64,000 bases of DNA from Camelus dromedarius (taxonomy: Eukaryota). Positions 37,000 to 49,512 of this stretch are shown here, piece by piece. Position 1 is the first letter of the stretch; each line of letters starts with the position of its first letter. Made by a program: the position numbers and the translations under genes. Location of the stretch: the NCBI RefSeq assembly GCF_036321535.1, contig NC_087443.1, forward strand, positions 28,644,001 through 28,708,000, in the 5' to 3' direction. The notes beneath the pieces were generated by a model. The model saw only the letters and a program-made list of their open reading frames with translations. It did no database searches and was not told where the DNA came from.

Positions 37000-39900
37000 C
37001 TGATCTTAGTTCTATTTTTCCCAAAGCTTACTACAGAAATGAGATTTTTTTTCCAGTATGCTCAAAAACACTAAACCTTAATAAAACTAAGAAGACTATA
37101 TAATTGAATAAAATCAGACAGCAAAAAATGAGGAAGAGAGATTTAAAACAAGCAAATATATTTACTGACCATTTTAGGACACTGTATCTATCCATCAGGG
37201 TTCCAACAAATAAACAGAATCACTGGAAAACACACACTCATACCTTCACATAGAGCAGAGAACTGGCTTCTGTGATTGTGTGATTTGGCTCAGCAAGCCC
37301 AAATCTATAGTGTGGTCCACAGAAAGGTCAAGTTGGAAAATCTTGGTCAGGGACTGATTTCAGTCCATAGTTGGTATTTCTTCTTCCTCAAGAAAACCTC
37401 AGATTTCCTGCTTTTAAGACTGCTCAACTGATTAGATCAGACCTACCCAGTTTACTAAGGATAATCCTTAAAGTTAAATGACTGTAGATGTTAATCACAT
37501 CTGCTATATACCTTTATCACAGCACCTACACTAGAATTTGATTAAGTAACTGAGTACTACAACCTAGCCAAGTTGACACATAAAGGTGACCATCACAGAA
37601 AATAATAGATAATTTCCAAAAAGAGATGATTAAGGGTATAGTATGCAATTATAGACATGAAAGTAATTTCTAACAAAAGTACAAGCCTTCCTAAATATCA
37701 ACAAAATTACAAAATCAAAAAGTAGAGAAAAGAACACATGCTGAAATATTTTTAAGTGATATAAACAAAGAAGCAAACTGTGGAACAATATAAATTAAAG
37801 GCACACATATAACAATATTTTCACATGAACTAAAGCTTCTCTTAAGAGATACTTTTGGGTTGGAATAAAAAGCAAAACTCATGGGCATTCACTGTAAGAG
37901 TCTTTCCACTTTTGTGACTGTTATAAAGTTTTCACAAAGAAATTTTCATAAACACTGACAGTGAAAAATAAAAGCAAAACACAACTCTATGCTCTGTATA
38001 TGGAACATGCCTAAAACAAAGAGACACAAAAAATACAAAAAAAAAAAGTAAACATACACTAGAAAGATAAAGAGTGCACAATGTTGAATTAAGCCAACAA
38101 TTCTAAAACAAAATAAAGAAAGGCACTTTATCAGGCTAAAGAGTACAACATAAAATGAATGCATGACCGCTATGGATTATATGCATTCAACAGTATAGGA
38201 TTCACATTCATAAATCATAACTATGAAAGCTACATGGATAGACACAAACACACCAGTCTAAAATTTAATTCATCTATCTTTAGAAGGATACAGAAAACAA
38301 GTAACACAATTAAAAGGTGTATTAATTGAAAGATTTTAGCTCTGAACACTAAAAATAAGAATATAGCATTTTTTCAATGTAAAGTATATTTGGAAAGCTA
38401 GCGCATATATTAGACTATTTCAAAGCTCCCAACAAATTTCAAAATAGTACCCAAAATGTACTATGTTTACAATGAAATAAAACCAGTAATTAGTAACAAA
38501 ACAATAATATAAAAAAGTCTCATAAGCAGCTCTTTCATCAAAAAATTCAAAGTGAAATATAGAATATCTAGAAGAAAATGAACTGAAAACTCTAAATATC
38601 AAATCTTATCCACTCACATGGTAGAAATATATATGGAAAGTTGCATGATGGAAAGTACCTGTGTTTCAGTAAACTTGCAAAGTTTGGGCTCACTAATAAT
38701 GTCAGTAGATATTTCTAAATAATCTACCATTTTGTTTGTATCAATTTTCACCTCTATACCACTATTAAAAACTTCCAGGTCTAGATAATTCATAAGGGAA
38801 TTAGGTAAAATATTTAATAAACAATAACTTTGAATCTCTATAAATTATTTTAGATTATTAACCAAAGAGGAAAGTCCAAATTTATTTTATGAAGTGAGCA
38901 TAACATTGGTATCAGAGTCCAATGTAGATAGCACAGTAAGATAAAACCACATAAAAGCTCACTCACATATATCAATTGAGAATTTCAAAATTAAATAATT
39001 TCAGACTCAATTTATAAGAATTTATAAGAATAATACAATATGAACAAGTGGAACTTATTCCAGAAATGCAAAGATAATTCAATATCTTAAAATATAGTAA
39101 TATAACTTAATATATTAATAGACTTCCAGAAATAAATTTTAGGGTTATTTCCACAGATGCTGAAAAGGCATTTAGCCATTAAACATCTATTCCTGAATTT
39201 TAAAACTTTCAGTGAAGTAGGAAAGGAATGTTAATGTAGAACTTGAATTCATAATTTAATAAAAATATCAAATAAGTAGAAATAACAAAAGAAATGGAAG
39301 ACTTTTACAAAAAAAATACAGTATTTTTGAGAAATATTTTAAAGAAAGATCAAATAAATTCAGTGATGTATGATCATCAGGGATCTGGGCACTTAATATT
39401 GCAAAGATACAATTTCTTCCTAAAGGGATATATAAATTCAGTATAATCCTAATCCAAATTCTAGGAGATTGTTTTTGTGGAAATTGTAAGTTGATTTTAC
39501 AGTTTATATGTAATCTCCAAAGATCAAGAATAGTGAAGATCATGTTAAAGAAAAAAACAGAATTAGAAAACTTCTTTAACGGATACAGAGTTTTTATACA
39601 GTTACATTAATTGGGACAATGTGGTCTTGTTCAAGGAAAGGCAAATAGATTGATGGAACACACTGAGTTCAGAAACAGGCCCATACACATGGAAATACTT
39701 TATTTGTGGCAAAGATGACATCACAGAATGGTCCTTTAATCAGTGGTGTCGGGTCACTGGATATTCATGTGTAAAAGCAAAGCAAACTTGATCACTACCT
39801 TCCACAATACAAATAGTGGATTCTAAAGGTGGAGCAAAGATCTAAATACAAAAGGCAAAACAGAAAAGCTTCTAGAAGATAATACTACAGGACACTCTAT

Positions 39901-40330
39901 TTGTGATGTTGATGCAGCAAAAATGTTTTAAATGGGAAAGAGCAATACTAGCCACAAAGGATTAAAAAATTAGGGTCTATAAAATTAAGTATTATTGTTA
40001 TTCTAAGACACATTTAAGAGAATAAAAAGGCAAATCCCTATGTGGGAGAAGACATTTGTACCATATAAAACCAACAAAGGCCAAAATAAGTTAGTCAGGT
40101 TATTGAAAAACAGGTTAGACTTTTACCCTATTTTATATGAAAATAAAAAATCTATGATAATTAAAACTGCTGGCCAAGGACAGACAAAAATTGGGACATA
40201 ATAAAGAGCTTAGAATTAGTAGGAGAAGAAACATTTTCCCACTGTTTTTCCACATTAAAAAAATTCAATTCTTATCTCATGCCATAATTACACTCCTTCA
40301 GTGGATTAAAGATATGAGCATAAAAAGCAG
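37000..40330 (+). mobile_element. Ancient L1 ORF2 remnants (fragmented)
   Basis: A-rich; caagtggaacttattccagaaatgcaaagataattcaatat, cacagatgctgaaaaggcattt, cttaatattgcaaagatacaatttcttcctaaa. Confidence 0.8.
37183..37597 (-). mobile_element. MLT2 (ERVL) solo LTR
   Basis: tgtatctatccatcagggttcc...cctagccaagttgacacataaaggtgaccatcaca. Confidence 0.88.
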
Positions 40331-40334
40331 TTTT

Positions 40335-41937
40335 CAAACTTTAGATGATTTAAAGAAATGGAAAGATATCCCATGCTCTTGGAAAGGAAGAATTAATATT
40401 GTTAAAGTAGCCATACCACCCAAAGCAATCTAAAGATTTAATGCGATCCCTATTGAATTATCCATACATTTTTCACAGAACTAGAACAAATAAACCTAAA
40501 ATGTATATGGAATCACAAAAGTCCCAGAATTGCCAAAGCAATCTTGAGGAAAAGAACAAAGCTGTAGGCATAACTCTTNNNNNNNNNNNNNNNNNNNNNN
40601 NNNNNNNNNNNNNNNNNNNNNNNNNNNNNNNNNNNNNNNNNNNNNNNNNNNNNNNNNNNNNNNNNNNNNNNNNNNNNNNNNNNNNNNNNNNNNNNNNNNN
40701 NNNNNNNNNNNTCAACAAAGTAGACAAGCATATACAATGGAGAAAAGACAGACTCTCTGAAAAGTGGTGCTGGGAAAGCTAGACAGTTGCATGTAAATCA
40801 ATGAAATTAGAATGCTCTCTCACACCATACACAAAAATAAACTCAAAATGGCTTAAAGACTTAAATGTAAGACATGACACTATAAATCTCCTAGAAGAGA
40901 AAGACTATAGGCAAAATATTCTCTGACATACATCACAGCATTTTTCTAGGTCAGTCTCCCAAGACAAAAGAAATAAAAGCAAAAATAAACAAACGGGACT
41001 TAAATCAAACATAAGCTTTTGCACAGCAAATGAGACCATCAACAAAAAGAAAAGACAACCTATGGATTGGGAGAAAATATTTGCCAACGATAAGATTCAG
41101 ACGGGCCTGGTTTCCAAAATATATAAATGGTTCATACAACTCAATATCAAAAAAAAAAAAAAAAAAACTCAATCAAAAATTGGGCAGAAGACCTAAATAG
41201 ACAGTTCTTCAAAAAAGACATACAGATGACCAATAGGCACATGAAAAGATGTTCAATATCACTACTTATTAAATAAATGCAAATCAAAATTACAGTGAGT
41301 TATCACCTCACACTGATCAGAATGGCCATCATTACGAAGTGTACAAATAATTAACTCAGGAGAGGGAATGGAGNNNNNNNNNNNNNNNNNNNNNNNNNNN
41401 NNNNNNNNNNNNNNNNNNNNNNNNNNNNNNNNNNNNNNNNNNNNNNNNNNNNNNNNNNNNNNNNNNNNNNNNNNNNNNNNNNNNNNNNNNNNNNNNNNNN
41501 NNNNNNNNNNNNNNGACAAAAACTCTAGTTCAGAAAGGCACACGAACAACAATGTTCACAGCAGCAATTGCAGAGACATGGAAGCAACCTAAGTGTCCAC
41601 TGACAGATAATTGGATAAAGAAGATGTGGTGTATGTATACAATGGAATATTACTCAGTGATAAAAGAGAATAAAATATTGCCATTTGCAGCAACATGGAT
41701 GAACCTAGAGATTATCATAAGTGAAGAAAATCAGACAGAGAAAAACAAACATGAGAAAAACAAATATAACATATCACTTATATGTGGAATCTAAAAAATA
41801 ATACAAATAAATTTATTTACAGAGCAGAAACAGACTCACAGACAGAGAACAAGCTTATGGTTACCAAAGGGGAAGTGGGGAGGGATAAATTAAGAGTATG
41901 GGATTAAAGATACACCCCACTATATATAAAATAGATA
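40335..41937 (+). mobile_element. Younger cetartiodactyl/camelid L1 (ORF2 3' part + partial 3' UTR), 3'-truncated; contains two N runs (40579-40711, 41374-41514)
   Basis: [54 protein letters not shown]; ends at atatataaaatagata with no A-tail. Confidence 0.93.
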
Positions 41938-41939
41938 CT

Positions 41940-42900
41940 GAACATTTGAAAATATGCTCAATTTCACTGATAATCAGTACTCATAAAAATGTAAAACAGA
42001 CTAATATTAAAGTGCACTTATGTCTATTAAGTGAGAAAAAATGACAAAGTATGACAATCTGAAGTGCCTGTGAGAGGTGGGGGAGGGTATAGCTCAGGGG
42101 TAGAGCTCATGCCTAGCAAGTTCAATCCCCAAGACCTCCATTAAAAAATAAATACAAAACCTATTACCTACCTCTGTGGAAAAAAAAAAAAAACTATGCA
42201 GCTCTGCATATCAACTTTATCTTAATAAAACTGGAAGGAAAAATTTTTTTTAAAAAAGTGTCTGTGAGGATGTAAATTACTGGGAAGCATAATACATTCC
42301 TGGTTTGGTATAAAATTTTCCTAGATATTTAGAAATGTCAAAGTTAAAAACACAGCCCCACACATGACCCCAGAACTACCTCTGAATGTATACTGTAAAG
42401 AAATTCTAAGACATGGCAAAGACTACTAATGAACAAGACTATTTGCTACAGCATTACTTTCCGTAGTGAAATCTGGAAACAAACTAAATATCCATCAAAA
42501 CCCAATAGGAAAAATCTGGAAATTATTGAACTATATATACTAACATTGACAACTCTTACAAAGGCAATGCTAGAGAAAAAAGCCAGGTGTGAACTATAAA
42601 TCCTGTATGACAACATTGAAATGAATCTGAAAACAGTCTGCAAAGTATTATACTACATATATATAATTCTTGGATACATACATGTGGAAGAATGCTATTA
42701 AAACATGTATAGGAATTGAAAACACCAAATTAAGGACAAGAGATTCCTCTGCAAAAGAGTACTGGGAAACAGAATGAGGCAAGGGCACTTACGATGATGT
42801 ACATGAGTTTGTATGCTTTACTTTATAAGACGAAGATATTCAATGTGAATAAATCAGAATGCTAAAATTTGCTGAAAATGAGTGTTGATTATTACATCAA
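41940..42900 (+). mobile_element. Ancient L1 3' part (ORF2 end and 3' UTR), interrupted by SINE composite
   Basis: aacatttgaaaatatgctcaatttcactgataatc...gtagtgaaatctggaaacaaactaaatatccatcaa. Confidence 0.7.
42079..42193 (+). mobile_element. Camelid tRNA-derived SINE (Vic-1-like) with short internal deletion
   Basis: gggggagggtatagctcaggggtagagc (A box), agttcaatcccc (B-box remnant), taaaaaataaatacaaaacctattacc, A14 tail. Confidence 0.88.
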
Positions 42901-43169
42901 GCTTACTAGGTGTTTTCCTCTATTCCTGACATTCATTTGGGGATAAAACATACAAACAAATAAGTACTGACTGAGAGGGGAAAAAAGAATCTCTGATTTC
43001 TGTAACAGACAGTGGAACTATGTCAATAAACACTGGGAAAGGCAGTGAGACTTCAGAACGTAACAAGGGGTCAAGTTGTTAGATTAGAACAGCAAGTAGA
43101 ATAGCAAAGTGAAGACATTTTCAAATGTGACAGAACTTGAATACACAGCAACCTTCAGTCCTTTTTTTT

Positions 43170-43189
43170 GGGCGGGGGGGGGGGGTGGG
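43170..43189 (+). repeat. G-run GGGC(G)12TGGG after T8; G4-capable
   Basis: Direct reading. Confidence 0.75.
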
Positions 43190-46100
43190 AATAAAACCAC
43201 CCAATCATGAAACCCAGCCTAATGAAAAAGAATGACGATTACATAGTAAAATACGCATGCAATATTCAAAGTCATTAAACCAGTATTACAATGTCTTACA
43301 TCTTGTTAGTAGATGTAAGCATGATTTTGGCTGGTGAAGAACACAGAATGTGGCAAGGAAGTTCTTTCTAGAGAAAATTACTCCACAATGAAATCTAATC
43401 AAGCAGAGAGAATAAAAACACAATACGCAGAAATGGAGAGACTTCAAAGAAATGACTGGTGTTGAGTGTGGGCAGTAAACCAATTCAAATGAAAAATTTA
43501 GAGGATCAAACCTCTAGACATTTTGACTACAGAATATAAATGTTACAACTCTTGGTTGAGTAAATTTGGGAGGTCGGGGTAGGAGTCTTGACGGAAACTG
43601 TAAAAGGACTACCTTCTTCCCTCCCTTAGTGTGAATTCGATCACTACTGAACACAACTGAAATGGAATTTTAAGAAGAATAATACTTCCACAATCTCTTG
43701 AAGTTGGAAGTTCATTTTTTTTTATTCTTGGATAATTTAGGCATTTATATCTATTTTAAAATATATTATTTATTTAAAAATATTTTTATCCATATTATAT
43801 ATAAAGAAACAGTTGAACGTAAGCAATTCCCTTCATTTTCATTGTTTTACTTTTTTCCTGTTAAAATCAAACAAAATTATATTTAATATATTTATTAACA
43901 TAACATGGGGAGCATAACCCTGATTTAGTAAGATTTCCTTCCATCTATCCATCCACAAAGATGCACAAGAGCAGTCTCGAAAAATGTTATCTCATTTTAT
44001 GAGCTATTTATTGGAAACGTGGCTCTGGATATGATTTTTTTGTTTGTTTTGGTTATGCTTTTCTTTCTTCTTTATGCTTTGCGATATCGTTTGAAAGATT
44101 CATGATGAAGATGCATAATTTTACAAAACATATTATAAGAACATTATTTCAAAAATCAAGATGCAGGGCAGAGGTAGAAGGTTTTATGTAAGGAAACTGA
44201 CAGGTCTGGATGACTGCTTGACTATAGGGAACAAAGGAAGAGAGGACTTCAAAGTCCTGCTGAGATCGAGAGGCTGGGCACCTGGGAGAACAGCAGAACC
44301 ACAAACAGAATAGGAAACCCAGCAGAGAACACAGCTGACGAGAGCAAGCAGGTTCCTTTAGCCTAGGATGTGTATGTTTCAGGGCTACTGCTGTCAGTAG
44401 AGATGCACGTTTAGAGGTTGGAAGATAAAACTGGTTAGAAAGACATACTTCGGAGTCAACACGGTAAGAACGTGAGCTGGAGTTATGGAAAAGGATGAGA
44501 TTCCAGGAGTAGGGTGCGCACGGCAAGGACTTGTGGGTCCTGACAGGAGTTGACATCATCAGCGCTTTCAGGCAGGCCCCCTGCAAGGGAATCACTCTTT
44601 TAAAAGAGTCCTTTTCAGTCACCAAACACCAAAATGAAGCAGAAATTGGCTGAAGCTAAGAGACAGCAGCACATGCGGCCCAAACTTACCCTGACACTCT
44701 GCAGTGTACTTTGCAATAAAAGTATCTACTCTGGGCCCCTGCCATTCTCAAATTTCAGGCTCAACTTGGGTCACTGTGACACCAGAATTCTCTTTCCACT
44801 TCAGCATTGACTCTTGGCATTTGAAGAGGGAAACAGTCACACCATAGTTGATTTATCACTCTGCCTGAGGCTCCAAGGAATTTTCAGTGGAAACCAGATT
44901 CAGAGCCTATATGTGCTACCAATGTTTTATCGAATAATTGTTGGATATTTTTAATGAATGCACTGATAAAGTCCTTATGTTATTTAAAAATGCTCGACTT
45001 GCTTAACTACAAGCCAGTGTACCAAGTTAAGAACTATTAGATAAATACGTACCCTGTTAGTAGGTTGGAAGGCCGGGTAAAGGATTATACACACATCTGC
45101 TGTCATCCATCATGCCTTAAAGCCAGTTAACCATCACTTCTGGGCTGGAGTTAATCAAGCCAGGCTCTCACCACCAGGTGAGCTTGGTTACCACCTGTTA
45201 CTTTGGCTGGGTGAGTGGACTAGCCATGGATTTTTATTTAGCTGAGTTATTTGACTTTGGCAGACTGTTAAAAGAAGTAATATTTCAAAATAATGCAACA
45301 GAGCAATATTTATGAAACTATTTGCACAGTGTTTCCAAGAAGCTAGCTCTCCTCTCCCGTTATAAATCACTCTCCAGCTGGGTCAGAAGAGCAGGATTGC
45401 CAAATATTTAGATCAAGCAGGATCTGCTGCAGAGATCATTATATTAAAGGAATCAGTCATCAGGAGTTACTGGTGGAGGAAGATGATGGCAGAACAAAAA
45501 TCATAGGCAGAAACGTGGAAAGGTACTGGAAGACTGAGACCCTCGACTTGGAGGGCAACGCGGAGCTTAAAGAAAGAGCAAACTCTCACCAAATCAGTGT
45601 GACCAGCCCTGCCTCCCCGTCATGACCCTGCCCAGCTGGAGTGTACCCACTTGGGGCGGCTGATCCTACATTACTGCGGCTTGGCAACATCACTTGGTCA
45701 GGAAAGGATGTCTGTAAATTTTCTGAACATTTCCCGCTGGCTCTGTCCGTCCGTTTGTAGTTACCACTACGGAGGAGGAGTGTGACAAGGATTGGAGTTG
45801 ACATACACCAAACTCTGCATGTCCCGGAGCCAGCCTCAATGACTCTACCACTGTCACGTCAAGCTCCATCACTCCTGGCCTCTCAGCGCCTGCGCCCATG
45901 ACACCTGTCAGAAACTTTCAAGTGTCTGCTCGTTTCTTCATCAGGGTTGCCTGGGCAGCCTGGACAAGGAAAAGATGACATTTGGGATGAGGGAGGAACG
46001 GGCAGTGCCTTCCTCTTTCTGCCTCCTCCAACTGTCAGTTTGGGTTTTCTCCCAACATATCACAGTTTAGGCCCAGCCGCCTTGTCATTTAGAAAGGCAC

Positions 46101-47044
46101 GCAGAGGTAACCAGGTTTGAAAACAACGTGGGAGAGAGAGAACTTGGGCACATCTCCTTAGAGAATGATGCATTGTGAGGAAATTAAACAAACAAAAGAG
46201 GCATCGCAGGAGGCTATCTCTGCCCTTTGGAAATGTGCTGCTTCGGGAGATGGGTGGATGCACTCAAGTCATCTGCACATATGGATTCCTTTGCATTAGT
46301 TTTCTCTTTCCATTAAAGTGGAATAATTTGGCATACAAGTTATCCAAAGTAGCAGAGGTTTTCTTGGTGGGAGGTTTTAGCTGTCTCTTGTCTTTCCTTT
46401 TTGTAATAATGCTTTCATTTTAATAAAGGATGGAGGTGCAGAAATACATATAGGTCTTAATTAAAGCGAAACTTTCACAATGTTGCAAGCTCTGTGTGAA
46501 TGCATGTCTATAACTCACTCTTTTCATTAACATAATTTGGACAAATAAGTAAATGAGGAAGGGCTGCTTCTGGTCCCTCCAAATTTTTTTCCCAATGGAT
46601 TTGACAGATAGCATCAGAATTCTTTCATTGGCCTTTTACCAGGACAAAATGCATGTTTTGCTTTTCCTTTGGTCCATCTGAACTATGATAACACTCCAAA
46701 CAGGTCTCCCAGAGTGAAACGGTCATTCAACTGCTCATCTCCCATCAGTTTCCAATTCGCTTAAACTCTGGCTCTTGCCACCAAACTGTCACCCAGACTT
46801 TCTGTGCTTCATTTTGTCTTGTTTTCTTGTTTTATTTTATCTCCCACAATAAATAATTCTTTCCATTTACTCAGAGCATGCGCCTTCTCTAAGCAGGACA
46901 TTCAACTGGGGGCTGACAGGGCTGGCTTCTCCCTGGAAGAATTTTGTCAATCCTGGAGCCCGAGTGACTACTATCTGTCCTGTGAGGTCTGCACACACAG
47001 CTGCAGAAGGAGTGCTGGCTTCACAGTCAGATGTGGTGCCTGAC

Positions 47045-47195
47045 CCTGGCTTTGCCCCAGCTCCTTCCTAAGCCTTGGGCTTACAACTTAACTTTTTTAT
47101 GTCTCTATCCCTGAATATACAATGAGAAAACTGAATCATGATTTGCCTCACTCATGAGATCCTTTTGAGGCTCAAATGAAATAATGATTATAAAA
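47045..47195 (+). mobile_element. MIR fragment
   Basis: agccttgggcttacaacttaactttttatgtctctatccctgaatatacaatgagaaaa...gaggctcaaatgaaataatg. Confidence 0.65.
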
Positions 47196-49129
47196 TGATT
47201 CTGAAATGAATAAAGGTATTATTAATTTAAAAAAAGGCAGAGGAAGGGAAGATTTGGATAATGAGTACAAACATATCTTCCAAATACTGCACATGGGGTT
47301 CTATGATTAGGCTTTTCTTCCACCACTCCACCTAAGATGCAAATGGAACCAGGAGTTTCATTTGTATGATGGGGTGATGACTGACTTCTGGAAGGTGAAG
47401 GAGAAGTAGAAACACAGCTCTAGCAGGGAGACTGAAAAGATGTTCCATATACTTCAGTTGTTCCAGGGCGGAACAGGAGATTGCAAAAGCTCCCAGGTAT
47501 CTTGCACAAGATTGGAGAACTATTTGGTCTCAGGAATGAAAAGAGAAGAAGGTGACTGTAATAGGGGCTAGTGGAAGTGGCGGTGCCTCTCCAGGCTTTG
47601 TCTCCAGGACAAAAGGGCCATGCAGAGAGGAGAGGAATAGAAACAGGGAACTCTGAAAAGTCCCCGAGGAGCAGCAGGCTGATGAGGCCTGTCAAATAAT
47701 GTTCCTCATCCTGGCCAGCAGTTGGCTCCTCAGGGCTCACACCCAGGGTGGACAGGGACTTCAGGGAGAGAAAAGCAACCTCACGGAGCAGACACTTCCC
47801 TCCACGTCCAGGTATCTAATATCAAGTAACACTGGACCTACAGAGTGCAAGATTCCAAGGAGAGGAAAACGGTGCACTGGGCAGGGTGTGAGCAGTTCCC
47901 AGGCTGACATTGGGGCCGTCAGCCCCTCAGACAAAAACTCACAGGCCCTGGACACATGCTCATGGCCAGAGGGGCTTCTGTGCGGAGATGTGGGTCACCT
48001 CGGAAGTGGTACCTGCACCCACACGAGCCAGCCTCATCATCCTGCAGCAGACAAGGGTAATGGGCTCTCCTTTTATGCTGTCCATCTGCCCGCCTGCAGG
48101 GTACCAATTTTGCATTTTGTTCTGGTTGCCAGGAGGTAGGGAAGCTCACAGGAGCACAGAGCATGGCCACCGTGCAACTGGCAAAAGGACTGTACGATCT
48201 TGGCCGGGGCCATTCCACATATTTAAATTTAATGTCATCAACAGTCTTGGCCAGAACCATTCCACATACTCGAATTTAATTTCATCAACAATAAAGCTAA
48301 TATTTGTGCCCCTATCTGACTCCTATGTCAGTTTTTAATTGTTTCTTGACTCCTGGAGGACACAGTGATTCAAAATTTAATGGGAGATTCTTGCTGGTAT
48401 CAATCAAATGGGTCCTTTCTCTGGCAACTTCTGTGGGAAGTTGGAGAACACTGACATCATAAATAGAACTGCAGGAAGTGATTAAAAGTGAATCCCAGGT
48501 CAACTCTCAGAGGCAATGCATGAGCTATAAACTCTGCACCGTCCCTTGAATAACTCTCCCCAAGACCCTAGTAGGGAGGCTACTATCATGGTAATGACTT
48601 GTGTCAGAAGTAGGACCTTTATGCTAATGTCTAAAAACAAATTAGTAAATATAATTGCAAAGTTGTGAACCTAGTTCTAAAAAGCAAACGTCTCAAATAT
48701 ATAATGAGGAAGCATTATTACACATGAAAGGAGACACACTGAGTGTAAACAAATTTGGAGTTTACCAGCAATCTCCACGATTGCAACTGTCAGTGCAGAC
48801 TTTCAAAATGTAGATTAGAGTCCCGTCCTATTCCCCCTGGTGGAACCACTACTAGAATGCTGAGGCCAGACTGAACCTGACACTTCGAGTAGGACACACG
48901 ACAACACTGAGCAGGCCCACAGAGACAAAACAGGGTGGTAAGGGGAAGGGGCCACAGGATCCCAAGAATGGGGCTGTATCTCTCGGAGAAAGGAGGCATG
49001 AGAAGAGGACATCTTTAAATATCTAAGTGATGATCATCACATAAAAGAGGGAGCCAGCTGCATGTGAGACAAGACCAAACGGTGACCACAGGGAAGAGTC
49101 TTCTAACAATTAGACCAACTTGAAACAGA

Positions 49130-49300
49130 ATATTCCCCAGTTCTCTCTTTATAATCTTCAAAATAACTTTATGAGATTGACATTTTCCAAATAAGGAGAC
49201 AAGTCCTAGGGACAGGAAGAGACTTGCTCAAGGACACAAAGCCAGTAAGTAGCAGGCCCTAAACCAAGGACAAGGTCCATTAATTCTAAGACACATGCTT
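49130..49300 (-). mobile_element. MIR fragment
   Basis: aatcttcaaaataactttatgagattgacattttccaaataaggagacaag...gacttgctcaaggacacaaagccagtaagtagcagg. Confidence 0.7.
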
Positions 49301-49512
49301 TTACCACTGCAGGTCAAACACCTACGACAAAGGCCCCACGTGAAAAGAAGAAACGTTGTATGCTTTCATGGGGTTAAATTGGTCAGACCCACCTGCCCTT
49401 TACTTTTTTACCACTGCAGGTCAAACACCTATGACAAAGGCCCCACGTGAAAAGAAGAAACGTTGTATGCTTTCATGGGGTTAAATTGGTCAGACCCACC
49501 TGCCCCTTACTT
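49299..49512. repeat. Tandem duplication, 2 x 107 bp
   Basis: ttttaccactgcaggtcaaacacctaYgacaaagg...cagacccacctgcccYttact; only 2 differences. Confidence 0.97.

Noticed and set aside
42079-42150. tRNA-like sequence with A/B boxes
   Set aside because: It is a tRNA-derived SINE with a deletion and cannot form a cloverleaf.
44149-44625. 158-aa minus-strand ORF
   Set aside because: Chance-range length, no homolog, no convincing splice or Kozak context.
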